A stretch of 63,525 bases of DNA, the filler included, from a bacterium (lineage in GTDB: Bacteria; JALSQH01): NCBI GenBank assembly GCA_026985515.1. It is 3 parts of 3 records of this genome, joined end to end, with 100 filler letters (N's around TTAATTAATTAA, not from the genome) between each part and the next. Parts side by side here need not be neighbours in the genome. Positions count along the whole stretch, not along the records: positions 30,303 to 60,186 come from JALSQH010000195.1; 2 more parts are not named here. One strand, written 5' to 3'. The translations under genes were made by a program, and so were the position numbers. Of this stretch, positions 41,518 through 52,045 are shown in pieces (the first letter of the stretch is position 1; every line of letters begins with the position of its first letter). The notes beneath the pieces are model-generated. The model ran no database searches and was not told where the DNA came from. It saw only the letters and a program-made list of their open reading frames with translations.

Positions 41518-44053
41518 TAGAATAAAAGAAATTCTCGGCAGAAGAATTTTCATCTCCGGGCTCATCACTCTATTCCTTTTCCTGGGGATTTTCCTGATTG
41601 TTTCAGAGACAACATTTATAGAATTTTTCTATGTGGCTCTGGGGGTATTTCTCATCTTTATTCTTTATCTGGCAGGAGGATATTATCTGGCGCGCCACAC
41701 ATTCTATCACAATCTTGAAATCGGGGAAGCCATATCTCTCAACAGATCTCTACACCCCTACAACATAAAAAGAGCCTACGTTGAATTGAAAGAAGCTCCT
41801 CTCCATTTCAGCATACTATCATTCACATTCTGGACGGTGATGGGTCTTATTATTCTATTCCTGGTCTACATAAATGGCGTAATATCTTTTGCCAGGTTTC
41901 TCCTCATATTTTTCACCTACTCCATTACAATTCTTGTATCACACCTTTTTCAGTGGTATCTCATTAAAAATTCCATTATCCAGCCTTTAAAATTTATTGG
42001 TGAGTATCTGGCAGTCAGAGGCGAGGAGGAAACGCTCCAGAGCGGCCTTTTTCTATCCATGAGGTCAAAAATTCTTCTGATTTTCTTCTCTCTCCTCATA
42101 TTTTCAGGAGGAATAATCTCGCTCTGGGGAATAAGCAGAGTAAACACTGTTAGGAGAAACATAGATCTTGCCCTCATGGAGGAAATGGTCAAATCAGCCT
42201 ATCTAACCGCTGTTGCAAAAGGTGGAGTGAATAACCCATCTGGAACAACTGGCCAGATTGCCTTCCTTACAGAAGTTGACCACCGGGGAAATATCATATC
42301 GGGAGAAATGCTCCCAGAATATCTCAGCAGAGTCATTCAGAAAGGTCTGTCACACCTTACCAGAGACAACATTGTGCCAGATGAAAACTACCTGATTGTG
42401 GTTTCCCCACCCCTACAGAATGGACACAGATTTGTGGCATGGAAGGAGTGGAATCCCCTTTCCAGTGAGGTTCTTGATGTCATTAAGGATTACTTTACCC
42501 TCTTTCTGCTCATGCTTGTAATAGTGGGGGTAATCATAGTTCTTGCAACAAATGACTGGAGAGAAATTACAAATGCTCTGAATGTGTATCTTGCCAGGGT
42601 AAAAAGGGGAAATTTTAGCAGGGGAATTGTAATTTATACCGATGATGAACTGGGAGATATTGGTTCATATCTGAACCAGGTACACGACTTTTTCAAAAAT
42701 GCCATAGCGGATGCGAGACAACTTACAATGCATACAGAAAAAAACATTGAAAAACTGCTTTCAAACATTTCATCTTCAGGTGAGATTGCACTGAATCTTA
42801 AAATAATTTACTCCCAGCTATCCAAATTCCTGATTCAGCAAAAGAGGTTGATCTCAGCTCTCAGGGATCTTACGGAATATTCGGGACTCAACGGAATGTC
42901 ACCTGAGTTGCTGCAGTCCCTCACAATTGCCACAGGTAAGGCAAGAGGTGTAATTTCAACTGTTACTTCTCAATCAAATTTCATACGGGATAAACTGGTC
43001 CAGCATGAAAACTATCTTGAAGACATAGAAAAGGCACTCAGAGCCTTTTCCAGTTTTACCAGAAGATTCAGGACGAGGACAGACAAACTGATAGAAACTT
43101 CCCAGCACACCCTTGGAGCTGTAACTTCCTGTGAAACAATACTTAAGCGAATAACAAATTATGTTTCTTCAAACAGAATTTTCAATTCAAAACTTGAGGC
43201 AACAAGAGACTCCTTCACAGAAACCATGGAATTTTTCAGGATCAGAATGGGGCGATTATTCCTTGGACTGGAAGAGCTGGAAAAAGTTCTTAATCTCATC
43301 TACGAACTTTCTGAAGATACCAAAATAATCAGCTTGAACGCATCAATCATCTCCTCCCACGCAGAGGAAGAAGGAAGAAGTTTCTCAGTTGTGGCCAACC
43401 AGATTCAGGCTCTTGCGTCAATATCTGGCGAATCAATTCACACCACAAAAGAAATCCTCACCAGATTAACAGAACTGAAAAATAACATTCTCGAGCAAAC
43501 CATAGAATTTCTTCAGAAATTTCAATCCACCATTCAGCAGGAGGGTGATAAATCAAAAGAAGCCGAACTGAATGAGCTTACAGAGTCAATTTCAGAGACT
43601 CTGAAAGATATTGAAGAGATTCTAAAGGTCACTCTGGAAACTTTCAGGTCCATAGAAGAAATTGATTCATTTGTAGAAAGTGTAGAAAATGAAATTGAAC
43701 AGTTATCCCTTCTCATAAAATCATACAGAATGGAACTGGATAAGATTTCAGAAATACTGGAAGCAATTACATCTGAACTTACTCAGGCTGACAATATAAC
43801 CAACTTTAACATTCAAAAGGTTGAGCTTCTAAATCAAAATTTAACCGAATTACAGGAAAACTCATATGCGATTGAGACAACACTTAAAAGCATAGATAAA
43901 CTTACAGAAGCTCTGGAAAGAGAAGTAGCCGAGAAGGAAAAGGAAACGAGCCAGATAAAAAACAACATTGAAGAGTTAATGCACATAACGGAAATACTGA
44001 GCAATGTAAATGAGAGAATGAAAAGGATCCTTATTGCGGGGTTCAAGCTGTGA
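41507..44053 (+). CDS. Methyl-accepting chemotaxis-like protein 1 (degenerate)
   Basis: About 6 TMs, HAMP-like DELGDI, long coiled coil and tip-like LSEDTKIISLNASIISSHAEEEGRSFSVVANQIQALA. Confidence 0.75.
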   Translation: MNLDRIKEILGRRIFISGLITLFLFLGIFLIVSETTFIEFFYVALGVFLIFILYLAGGYYLARHTFYHNLEIGEAISLNRSLHPYNIKRAYVELKEAPLHFSILSFTFWTVMGLIILFLVYINGVISFARFLLIFFTYSITILVSHLFQWYLIKNSIIQPLKFIGEYLAVRGEEETLQSGLFLSMRSKILLIFFSLLIFSGGIISLWGISRVNTVRRNIDLALMEEMVKSAYLTAVAKGGVNNPSGTTGQIAFLTEVDHRGNIISGEMLPEYLSRVIQKGLSHLTRDNIVPDENYLIVVSPPLQNGHRFVAWKEWNPLSSEVLDVIKDYFTLFLLMLVIVGVIIVLATNDWREITNALNVYLARVKRGNFSRGIVIYTDDELGDIGSYLNQVHDFFKNAIADARQLTMHTEKNIEKLLSNISSSGEIALNLKIIYSQLSKFLIQQKRLISALRDLTEYSGLNGMSPELLQSLTIATGKARGVISTVTSQSNFIRDKLVQHENYLEDIEKALRAFSSFTRRFRTRTDKLIETSQHTLGAVTSCETILKRITNYVSSNRIFNSKLEATRDSFTETMEFFRIRMGRLFLGLEELEKVLNLIYELSEDTKIISLNASIISSHAEEEGRSFSVVANQIQALASISGESIHTTKEILTRLTELKNNILEQTIEFLQKFQSTIQQEGDKSKEAELNELTESISETLKDIEEILKVTLETFRSIEEIDSFVESVENEIEQLSLLIKSYRMELDKISEILEAITSELTQADNITNFNIQKVELLNQNLTELQENSYAIETTLKSIDKLTEALEREVAEKEKETSQIKNNIEELMHITEILSNVNERMKRILIAGFKL

Positions 44054-46617
44054 AGGAGAAATGCTTCAAACTGGTTGGTGGAAAAGAAGGCTTAAAGATA
44101 AACACCCAGATAACCCTCATTTTCACTGTAACTGCTGTAACTGGAGTGGTCGTTCTTTTTATAATCTTCAACTTTCTAACAGTTGCCACTGCCAACGAGA
44201 TAAAGACGGCTCTCTACATTCTTGCCCCGACTCTCTTCACAACTTTCTGGATTCAACTTATTTACAATTACCGGAAATCAAAACCCATAAATAATTTCCT
44301 TTACCTTAGCGAGAAAGGAATGATTGTTTCGGATGAAGAGATAAAAGAAGCCACTCTATCAATTTTAGAGTTTCCCCTTAAAGCAAGCCTTGTATCCTTT
44401 TCTCTGTGGCTTTTCAGTGGTATTACCCTCGTAACTTTTCTCAGAATAATACTTGGCACCTCTACAGCCAAACTATTTTACATCATGGTCTCAGTTATAA
44501 GTGGAGCTACTGCTGCTTTTATTTTTCTCTACTATCTTTTCAAACTTCCACTTAAAAATACAGCCTTCAGACTGCTCTCCACACTGCCAGGTAAAAAGAT
44601 ACAGGAAGAGTACAGACTTATCTCTACAAGAACGAAACTCAACCTCACAATAATACTTATTCTTTTCTCCACCATAAGCATCCTTGCAATGCTCACCTAT
44701 TCAAGGAGTATGCAGATCACTGCATCTGAAGAGGAAAAAATTATCAAAGAACTTCTCACTCCTGTTGAAAGGGCAAAAAGTGAATCTGAGATGTTGAAAA
44801 AGTTCAGCAAGGTTGAATCAATCATCGAAAACGATGGCAATTTCGATCTTTTTCTCTATGATGTTTACAATAACTCATTCCTTCACGCAGAACACAATTT
44901 CGCCAAAAACCGGGTTCTCCAGTCAATAATCAAACATGGATTCAACCGTGAAAGAACCAGAGCTCCCCTTTTTGCAATTTACCACCTCACATCATTTCCA
45001 CAGTATTACGCAGTACTTAAATTTCCAGAAATAACCAGAACTTCACTGGGGAATGTAATCTGGATGATAATTCTACTCACAACCATATCAATACTGCTGG
45101 CAATAATACTCCTCCAATTCTTTTCCTCTGATATATCGCGTCCCATCATGAGAACAAAAGAATTTGTGAAGCAGATGAAAAAGGGAGACCTCACTGGAAA
45201 AATCTTCATCGTTTCAGAGGATGAAATGTTTTTTATCGCTCATCTTTTGAGATCCTACCGTGATGCCACAATAAGAATCCTGAACATACTGAACCACTAT
45301 GAATCAGAGTTGATACAGGTGACAACAAGCTTAACAGAAAGCATTGAATCATTTAAGGAAAAGTCAGAAAAAATGGAAACAGAAGAGATTATTCAGGAGT
45401 TCTCTGAAGTGGATATAAAAATAAGCGAACTTACCAGGTCCGCCAGTTCTCTCAGATCCTTTTCAGATCGAACTGCGGGCATTGTGAAAGAACTGAAAAT
45501 GAGATTAGCAGATCTCGGTAAATTTAACGACCAGACTGTTACAATGCTGAGCAGTCTTGAATTTGAAAAAAATTCCCTCAAGGAGATTGCAGACAGAACC
45601 GGAAACGCAATAAAAAACCTTATGGGGGCACTGGATGCCATTGAGAAAAAGATAACCAATCTCGTAAATCACATCAACTCCCAGAAATTTCTCCTTGAAA
45701 AAATTGGAAAGGAAAATGAATCCATACATGACAAACATCTTTCCTTCAAAGAAATCATAAAAGAACTCTCCCTATCAGTCACAACGCTGGAGCCTGTCTT
45801 CTCCAGCCTTGTTAGAGACATGGAGGTATTCAGGGAAAACCTTGCAATGGCAAAAGAACTCGCCATAAAAATAGGATCACTTTCTGAAAATTCTGAACTT
45901 ATCTCCTTTAACGCTGCAATCATTGCTGCATCATCGGAAAACTACAGCAGGGATTTTTCAATCATTGCTGAAGAAATGAGGGAACTCACCCAGAGGACTC
46001 TCAGTATTACAGAGGGTATCAAAGAAAAAGTTGACTGGATATCTTTCGTTGAAACAGAAATATTCAGCAAAATAGATCTATCGGTAAGACAATTCAAAGA
46101 CATCAAGGCGACCTTAAACAGCATGAAAGACAACAGTGAAATTGCACATGTACTCTCCAACAATTTGAGAGAAGAACTAAAATCCATCTCACATGATATT
46201 GTGAATCTCGAAGAAACCCTTCAGGAGATAGAATCGGGATTCTGGAAGGGTAAAAAGGGCCTTGAAGGTCTGGATGCAGCCTTCCACAATCTGCTTTCTG
46301 AACTCACCAATCTTGAAGATGCAATAAACAAACTTTTCAATATCTCTGGAGGACTCAAAGAATCAATTATAACCTCACTTGCTTCCTATGAAACCCTGGA
46401 AAAGAACTACAGAAAAAACCTCCCGCTATTTGAAGAAATTAACAAAAATCTGAACTACCTGAATCTCGGAATGAAGAGGAAAAACGAAGCTATTTCCAGT
46501 CTCAAAAACAATCTTGCTTCACTCAAATCGGTTGTCAATGAGATAAAAACAAGTAAAGAAAAACTACTATCAAATCTCAGTACACTCACAGAAATAAATA
46601 AGATGTTCAAATGGTAG
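44050..46617 (+). CDS. Methyl-accepting chemotaxis-like protein 2 (degenerate)
   Basis: Same architecture, HAMP-like GDLT..EDEM and tip-like LSENSELISFNAAIIAASSENYSRDFSIIAEEMRELT. GTGA overlap with protein 1. Confidence 0.75.
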   Translation: MKEKCFKLVGGKEGLKINTQITLIFTVTAVTGVVVLFIIFNFLTVATANEIKTALYILAPTLFTTFWIQLIYNYRKSKPINNFLYLSEKGMIVSDEEIKEATLSILEFPLKASLVSFSLWLFSGITLVTFLRIILGTSTAKLFYIMVSVISGATAAFIFLYYLFKLPLKNTAFRLLSTLPGKKIQEEYRLISTRTKLNLTIILILFSTISILAMLTYSRSMQITASEEEKIIKELLTPVERAKSESEMLKKFSKVESIIENDGNFDLFLYDVYNNSFLHAEHNFAKNRVLQSIIKHGFNRERTRAPLFAIYHLTSFPQYYAVLKFPEITRTSLGNVIWMIILLTTISILLAIILLQFFSSDISRPIMRTKEFVKQMKKGDLTGKIFIVSEDEMFFIAHLLRSYRDATIRILNILNHYESELIQVTTSLTESIESFKEKSEKMETEEIIQEFSEVDIKISELTRSASSLRSFSDRTAGIVKELKMRLADLGKFNDQTVTMLSSLEFEKNSLKEIADRTGNAIKNLMGALDAIEKKITNLVNHINSQKFLLEKIGKENESIHDKHLSFKEIIKELSLSVTTLEPVFSSLVRDMEVFRENLAMAKELAIKIGSLSENSELISFNAAIIAASSENYSRDFSIIAEEMRELTQRTLSITEGIKEKVDWISFVETEIFSKIDLSVRQFKDIKATLNSMKDNSEIAHVLSNNLREELKSISHDIVNLEETLQEIESGFWKGKKGLEGLDAAFHNLLSELTNLEDAINKLFNISGGLKESIITSLASYETLEKNYRKNLPLFEEINKNLNYLNLGMKRKNEAISSLKNNLASLKSVVNEIKTSKEKLLSNLSTLTEINKMFKW

Positions 46618-47324
46618 TTGATCTTATATCTGATGAAGGTATCATTCTCCAAAAAAGGATTGTTAAAGAAAAAGACTTACTTTTCAAAATACTCTCCATG
46701 GAGCATGGACTCCTGACAGCAATTGGATTTTCAGGTGCAAAAAGTAGAAAGAGAATCGGTGGAAAGGGAGAAAAATTCTCTCATGTCAGATTTCAGGCAA
46801 AAATTTACAATTCATACATATCTATTGAAGATATATCCCTCATTGACCCTCATGAGAATCTGCTGCTCTCCCTTGAAAAAATAGCTTTATCAGAGCTGAT
46901 TACTGAAATCATTCTCAAATCTTTTCCCGAGGGTAAAAGAGAACCGGCCATTTTTAATTTCCTTCTCCAGGTATTGAAAGAAATAGAAAAGAAAGAAAAT
47001 CCTCAAAATGATTTTCCCCTGCAGTTGTTCAATCTTTTGATTCTTGAAGGATACACTGTTCCACCAGAAAAGTGCAGACTGTGTGGAAAATCTCTGACCA
47101 CAGCTTTCTTTATACCGGGTGAAGGTTTTGTATGTCCCGCCTGTTTTAAAAAGGGTCACCAGAAAGGAATATATTTCACAGAGAATGAAGTGACATGCCT
47201 GCAGGGATCAGAAGAATGGTGTTCCGGAACCGAAAATTTACTGGATAAAATCATAAGGATATGGGAAACAATCATCGAAAAACCACTCAGAAGTAAACAA
47301 TTTCTTGCTGAGTTTATCAAATAA
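46611..47324 (+). CDS. recO: DNA repair protein RecO
   Basis: EGIIL..EKD, GAKSRKR, CxxCG...CxxC zinc site and C-terminal LRS. Confidence 0.88.
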   Translation: MVVDLISDEGIILQKRIVKEKDLLFKILSMEHGLLTAIGFSGAKSRKRIGGKGEKFSHVRFQAKIYNSYISIEDISLIDPHENLLLSLEKIALSELITEIILKSFPEGKREPAIFNFLLQVLKEIEKKENPQNDFPLQLFNLLILEGYTVPPEKCRLCGKSLTTAFFIPGEGFVCPACFKKGHQKGIYFTENEVTCLQGSEEWCSGTENLLDKIIRIWETIIEKPLRSKQFLAEFIK

Positions 47325-47405
47325 AACAAAAAAACGCCCATAGATTGTGCATATTGATTTTTTTAGAGAAATGTGTTATGAATTTAAAAAGTCAAGAGGA
47401 ATTTT

Positions 47406-50060
47406 ATGTTAAAAAAGTCCTTACTGATTTTAATAGGTTGGGTTTTTATCGTAACTTTTTCTTCTCCCCGGGTCCTCAGGGCAGAAAAAGGACCAGCAGG
47501 TAAGGGTAACAATTATCCCCGGCAGAGTACAGTGTCAGAAAACAGAGCATTCCCCTCACAAAATACCTCTTCCGCCACTGCTCCTTCTCCCATTACTTCC
47601 CCATCAAAAGCTTATTCGGGCAAAGCCACTCAACCGGAGGGAAAGAAAAAAACAGAAGTCAGACAGGGAGAAGAAGAAACAACTTCGGTAAAGGTAGTTC
47701 GACCCAGGGGTTACAGCAACACAATAATAACAGGTTTTCCCAAAGAGAGAAAAGGGGATTATCTATCAGCAAATCTGTATGGTACTTCCGGATTGATAAG
47801 ATTGAGTGATACCAGGATTCCACCCCTTTACTCCTTCAGGCTTGGATTGAACATGGGTTTCTACTATATGGAAAAATTCATAGAAGACAGAACCCATACC
47901 CATCTCGAAACGAGAGGTTTCTTTTCATACACTCCCTGGGATTATATAGAGGTTTATCTCCGGGGCTTTGCTTCAGCCCACAAAATCGGTGAAGATCCTT
48001 ATGGTATTAAGCCTGCAGAACTGCTCCAGGTTCTCGGAGATACCACCATTGGTGTTAAAGGAGCATACAACATTCAGCCGTACACTTTCATGTCTGTTGG
48101 TGGCAGACTCGAACTTACCTTTCCAACACGACTTGGAAACTTTGGAAGCACTTTAAGAGCAACCTCAATGGAAATCGATGCACTGTTTGAAATGAACTTT
48201 CAGAAATGGGAAAAAACCAGAATCCCCCTCTATGGAGTTTTAAATCTTGGATACCTTATTGACAATTCCTGGGCTTTAACCAGAAACATAAGACCTCTCT
48301 ACTGGAGCAGAGTAATTGGATACCACATAACTGAGGGTGACCAGATAAAATTTGGACTTGGAGTTGAATATCCCCATGATTTTTATTCACTAATCTTTGA
48401 ATATACAACTGAACAGGTATTTGCGCACAGGTCATTCCTGCAGAGCCCCATGAGAATAACTCTCGGTGGGAAACTGAATCCCTGGGACTACCTGACTCTA
48501 ACAATGGGACTCGACCTTGACTTTTTTCAGAAAGGATATGTTCCTCCGAAAGCCACAGGAGACCTCAACAAAGAAGAGGTCGCTCCCAACTATCAGATTC
48601 TCTTTGGAATGGATTACATCTATTCACCCACTCAGGGAGGAGTTATTGACATAAGGGGACAGATAAAGGGAGTTGTTATTGATGTAGATACAGGGATGCC
48701 AGTCGGGGGTGCAATAGTTGAGTATGTTAATCAGCCACAGCTAAGCAAACAGGTTGTTGATCTGACAACGGGGGAATTCAAATCTTACAAGTTAATGCCA
48801 GGCGAAGTAATAATCAAAATTGAAAAGAAGGGTTATGTTCCAAAGATCATAAAGGCAAAAATAATTTCCAACAAAGTGATCACGGAAAAGATCCTTCTTT
48901 CAAAGATCTCCCGTGCAAAGGTGGCTATGGGGGCAATCGCCGGACAGGTTGTTGACAATAAGGGCAACCCTGTCAAAGCAACTCTCCAATTCTTGGAAAC
49001 GAACATTCCTCCCCTTGAAACTACCGAAGATGGAAAATTTGAGAAATTGCTCCCTGTGGGTGTATATAAAATTCTCGTCAAAGCCAGAGGATATGCTCCA
49101 AGGGCATTCAAAGTACCTGTCGAGGCAATGAAAAAAGTTGTGGTGAAATTTCAGCTTGTTAAAGGACCTGAAATTGGTGCCTTTGCAGGAAAAGTCGTTT
49201 CTTATGAAGGGAAACCCCTGGCTGCTGTTATAAGATTCATAAACAGCAATATACCTGAAATTACAACCAATCCAGAAACAGGGGAATTTTCAAAGATCCT
49301 GCCACCTGGCGAATATGAAATAGAAGTCGCAGCAAAGGGTTACGCTCCCAGACGATTTAAAATCCCTGTGCTGGCGGGTAGGAAGACAAAAGTAACCTTC
49401 AAACTTGTAAAACAGGGTAGAATTGGGGCATTCGCAGGAAAGGTCCTTGACATGAATGGAAATCCAATTCCTGGAGCCACAATTCAGTTTGCTGATCCCC
49501 GGATTCCAACAGTTAAAGTGGATCCAAAGACTGGAGAGTTCTTTATCAAACTCCCTGCTGGCACCTATGACATAAAGATTTCAGCACCTGGATTTAAAGC
49601 AAAGATCTACAGAGTTCCGGTACTGAAAGGCAAGAAAACACTTCAGGAATTCCATCTTGAAAGATTGAACAAACAGGGTGAAAAGGGTGGAGAAGCAACT
49701 GTAAAAATCGTAAAAAATAAAATAGTCCTGCCGGGTAAAGTGAAATTCAAAACCGGTACAGATAAGATCACAGAGGATAGTTTTTATTTCCTGAACCTTC
49801 TGGCAAACTTTCTGAAAAAGCACCCAGAGATAAAGAAAGTGGAAATTCAGGCCTACTCTGACAACCAGGGACCTTCTCTTCTCAACAAGAAACTCACACA
49901 GAAACAGGCTGAAGCGGTGAAAAATTATCTTGTAAAAATGGGAATTGATGAGAAAAGACTTATCCCAAAGGGATATGGAGAGGCAAACCCGATTGCTGAT
50001 AACTCCACACCAGAGGGAAGGGAAAAGAACAGAAGAGTTGAGTTCGTAATTCTCAAATAG
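47406..50060 (+). CDS. Large OmpA-family protein: N-terminal beta-barrel, carboxypeptidase-regulatory-like repeats and OmpA C-terminal domain
   Basis: Signal peptide, amphipathic strand region, about four beta-sandwich repeats and GYGEANPIADNSTPEGREKNRRVEF. Confidence 0.85.
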   Translation: MLKKSLLILIGWVFIVTFSSPRVLRAEKGPAGKGNNYPRQSTVSENRAFPSQNTSSATAPSPITSPSKAYSGKATQPEGKKKTEVRQGEEETTSVKVVRPRGYSNTIITGFPKERKGDYLSANLYGTSGLIRLSDTRIPPLYSFRLGLNMGFYYMEKFIEDRTHTHLETRGFFSYTPWDYIEVYLRGFASAHKIGEDPYGIKPAELLQVLGDTTIGVKGAYNIQPYTFMSVGGRLELTFPTRLGNFGSTLRATSMEIDALFEMNFQKWEKTRIPLYGVLNLGYLIDNSWALTRNIRPLYWSRVIGYHITEGDQIKFGLGVEYPHDFYSLIFEYTTEQVFAHRSFLQSPMRITLGGKLNPWDYLTLTMGLDLDFFQKGYVPPKATGDLNKEEVAPNYQILFGMDYIYSPTQGGVIDIRGQIKGVVIDVDTGMPVGGAIVEYVNQPQLSKQVVDLTTGEFKSYKLMPGEVIIKIEKKGYVPKIIKAKIISNKVITEKILLSKISRAKVAMGAIAGQVVDNKGNPVKATLQFLETNIPPLETTEDGKFEKLLPVGVYKILVKARGYAPRAFKVPVEAMKKVVVKFQLVKGPEIGAFAGKVVSYEGKPLAAVIRFINSNIPEITTNPETGEFSKILPPGEYEIEVAAKGYAPRRFKIPVLAGRKTKVTFKLVKQGRIGAFAGKVLDMNGNPIPGATIQFADPRIPTVKVDPKTGEFFIKLPAGTYDIKISAPGFKAKIYRVPVLKGKKTLQEFHLERLNKQGEKGGEATVKIVKNKIVLPGKVKFKTGTDKITEDSFYFLNLLANFLKKHPEIKKVEIQAYSDNQGPSLLNKKLTQKQAEAVKNYLVKMGIDEKRLIPKGYGEANPIADNSTPEGREKNRRVEFVILK
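48927..49665 (+). repeat. Three tandem 82-83-aa coding repeats
   Basis: (M/I)GA(I/F)AG(Q/K)V starts at 48927, 49173 and 49422. A more diverged unit starts near 48651. Confidence 0.85.
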
Positions 50061-50062
50061 CT

Positions 50063-50506
50063 TTAAACTTCAAGTCTAACCCTTTTCCCATTTATACTGA
50101 GGTAAAAGTTACCGTTGTCCTCTTCTATCATCTGGTAAAGTTGATTCTGTGCCTTTCTTGAAAATCGTGCAGGGAATTTTCCATTTTTAACCTTTGCATA
50201 AACCACTTCATCCCTGAAGGTTAAACTCTCCGGATCAAGTTCTTCCTGCGTCCCATCATTGAGCAGAACGCAGATTTTCCCGTCACACTCTACAAGGGAG
50301 TTTACCACAAATGGTGCGTCTTCAACTTCGATATAAAACTTTCTTTCCCCGTCTCTGAGAAAATACCCCTTTTCATCAACATCAAGAACAGAATTAAGAT
50401 ACCTGAATACTCCCGGGTGCGTTATTTCTCTCCCGTTGTGGTACCACTTACCATCCTTATCAATTCTGATTTCAAAAGGTTCATCAAAATTGAAATACCT
50501 TGCCAA
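50063..50506 (-). CDS. DUF1285 family protein
   Basis: IRIDKDGKWYHNG, IEVEDAPF and ARFSR motifs. Confidence 0.8.
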   Translation of the reverse strand: MARYFNFDEPFEIRIDKDGKWYHNGREITHPGVFRYLNSVLDVDEKGYFLRDGERKFYIEVEDAPFVVNSLVECDGKICVLLNDGTQEELDPESLTFRDEVVYAKVKNGKFPARFSRKAQNQLYQMIEEDNGNFYLSINGKRVRLEV

Positions 50507-50605
50507 TCTTTCCTCCAGAACCGGTTTCTATTATTATACAGCTCAAGTTACTTTTGACAAAACAACATCTCGAAATAAAATTATATGAAAAAATTCAGGG
50601 GAGCA

Positions 50606-52045
50606 ATGGAACAGGTTATCAATATACTCTCCAATATTGTGTGGGGAATCCCCATGCTAATTCTCATTTTACTGACGGGGGTCTACGTCACACTCAAAAC
50701 AGGATTCATACAGATAAGAGGTTTCAAACACGCCATCGAACTCATATCAGGGAAATTTGATTCTCCTGATCATCATGGACACATTACCCATTTTCAGGCA
50801 CTTTCAACTGCTCTTTCGGCAACCATAGGTACAGGAAACATTGCAGGAGTTGCCACAGCCATTGCTGCCGGCGGTCCAGGTGCTCTTTTCTGGATGTGGA
50901 TCTCAGCAATATTTGGAATGGCGATAAAGTTTGTATCTGCCACACTTGCAGTTAAGTACAGAAAATTGACACCGGACTCAGTTATGGGTGGTCCAATGTA
51001 TTACATTGAAATGGGTTTTAAAGATGTCTACAATTATAATGCAAAATGGCTGGCCTTTCTCTTTGCCCTCAGTACTGCCATAGCAGCATTCGGTATCGGC
51101 AATATGGTTCAATCCAATTCCGTTGCTGATGTTCTTGCATCCCTCTTTCCTCTTTCTCCCACAGGAAAATTCTCCTTCAAACTGGTCACTGGAATAATCC
51201 TCGCCATACTCACTGCATATGTTATAATAGGCGGGATCAGAAGAATAGCTGCGGTGGCTGCAAGGCTGATGCCCATAATGAGCCTGATTTACATTGCAGG
51301 GGCTATTATAGTGCTGTTAGTTAAAATTGACAGATTCATACCTGCCATCAGAATGATTTTTGAATCTGCTTTTACTGGAAGAGCTGCAGGAGGTGCCATC
51401 CTGGGAAGCGCTGTGCTTTACACAATGAGAATGGGAATTGCCAGAGGTGTTTTCTCCAATGAAGCAGGATTGGGAACGGCACCAATGGCTCATTCGGCTG
51501 CAAGGACAAATCATCCGGCACGGGAGGGGCTGGTTGCGATGCTGGGACCCTTCATAGATACCCTCGTAATATGCACATTGACGGGACTGGTGATTGTGGT
51601 TTCCGGACTCTACTCATCAGGAATTGATGGTGCACCTCTGACTGCAAGGGCCTTTGACTCTGGCCTGCCATACATCGGGAGAATTATAGTTTCGTTATCT
51701 CTGGCCCTTTTTGCCTATTCCACTCTCATTGGATGGTATTTTTATGGTGAGAAGGGGATTGAATACCTTATACCGGGGGAAAAGACAATTAAGATATATA
51801 AACTAATATGGGTCATTCTTATTCCTACAGGAGCAGTTCTCCAGCTGAAACTGGTATGGAACATATCTGATATTTTCAATGGCTTTATGGCTCTGCCAAA
51901 TCTCATCGCAATAATTTTCCTTGGAGGTATAGCTGTCGGAGAATTAAAGGAGTACTTCAGCAATGAAGACAACTTCAAACCTCACAATAGAGGACATTTA
52001 CGCAATAATTACGGAAAAAAAGAGGGGGAAATTAGTAATCACTGA
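50606..52045 (+). CDS. Alanine/glycine:cation symporter (AGCS family)
   Basis: IGTGNIAGVA, GGPGALFWMW, GGPMYY, FSNEAGLG and MALPNL motifs. Alternative start at 50585. Confidence 0.96.
   Translation: MEQVINILSNIVWGIPMLILILLTGVYVTLKTGFIQIRGFKHAIELISGKFDSPDHHGHITHFQALSTALSATIGTGNIAGVATAIAAGGPGALFWMWISAIFGMAIKFVSATLAVKYRKLTPDSVMGGPMYYIEMGFKDVYNYNAKWLAFLFALSTAIAAFGIGNMVQSNSVADVLASLFPLSPTGKFSFKLVTGIILAILTAYVIIGGIRRIAAVAARLMPIMSLIYIAGAIIVLLVKIDRFIPAIRMIFESAFTGRAAGGAILGSAVLYTMRMGIARGVFSNEAGLGTAPMAHSAARTNHPAREGLVAMLGPFIDTLVICTLTGLVIVVSGLYSSGIDGAPLTARAFDSGLPYIGRIIVSLSLALFAYSTLIGWYFYGEKGIEYLIPGEKTIKIYKLIWVILIPTGAVLQLKLVWNISDIFNGFMALPNLIAIIFLGGIAVGELKEYFSNEDNFKPHNRGHLRNNYGKKEGEISNH

Noticed and set aside
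47406-50060. TraB outer-membrane-exchange protein
   Set aside because: It has no thrombospondin type 3 (DxDxDG) repeats and no TraA-like neighbour.
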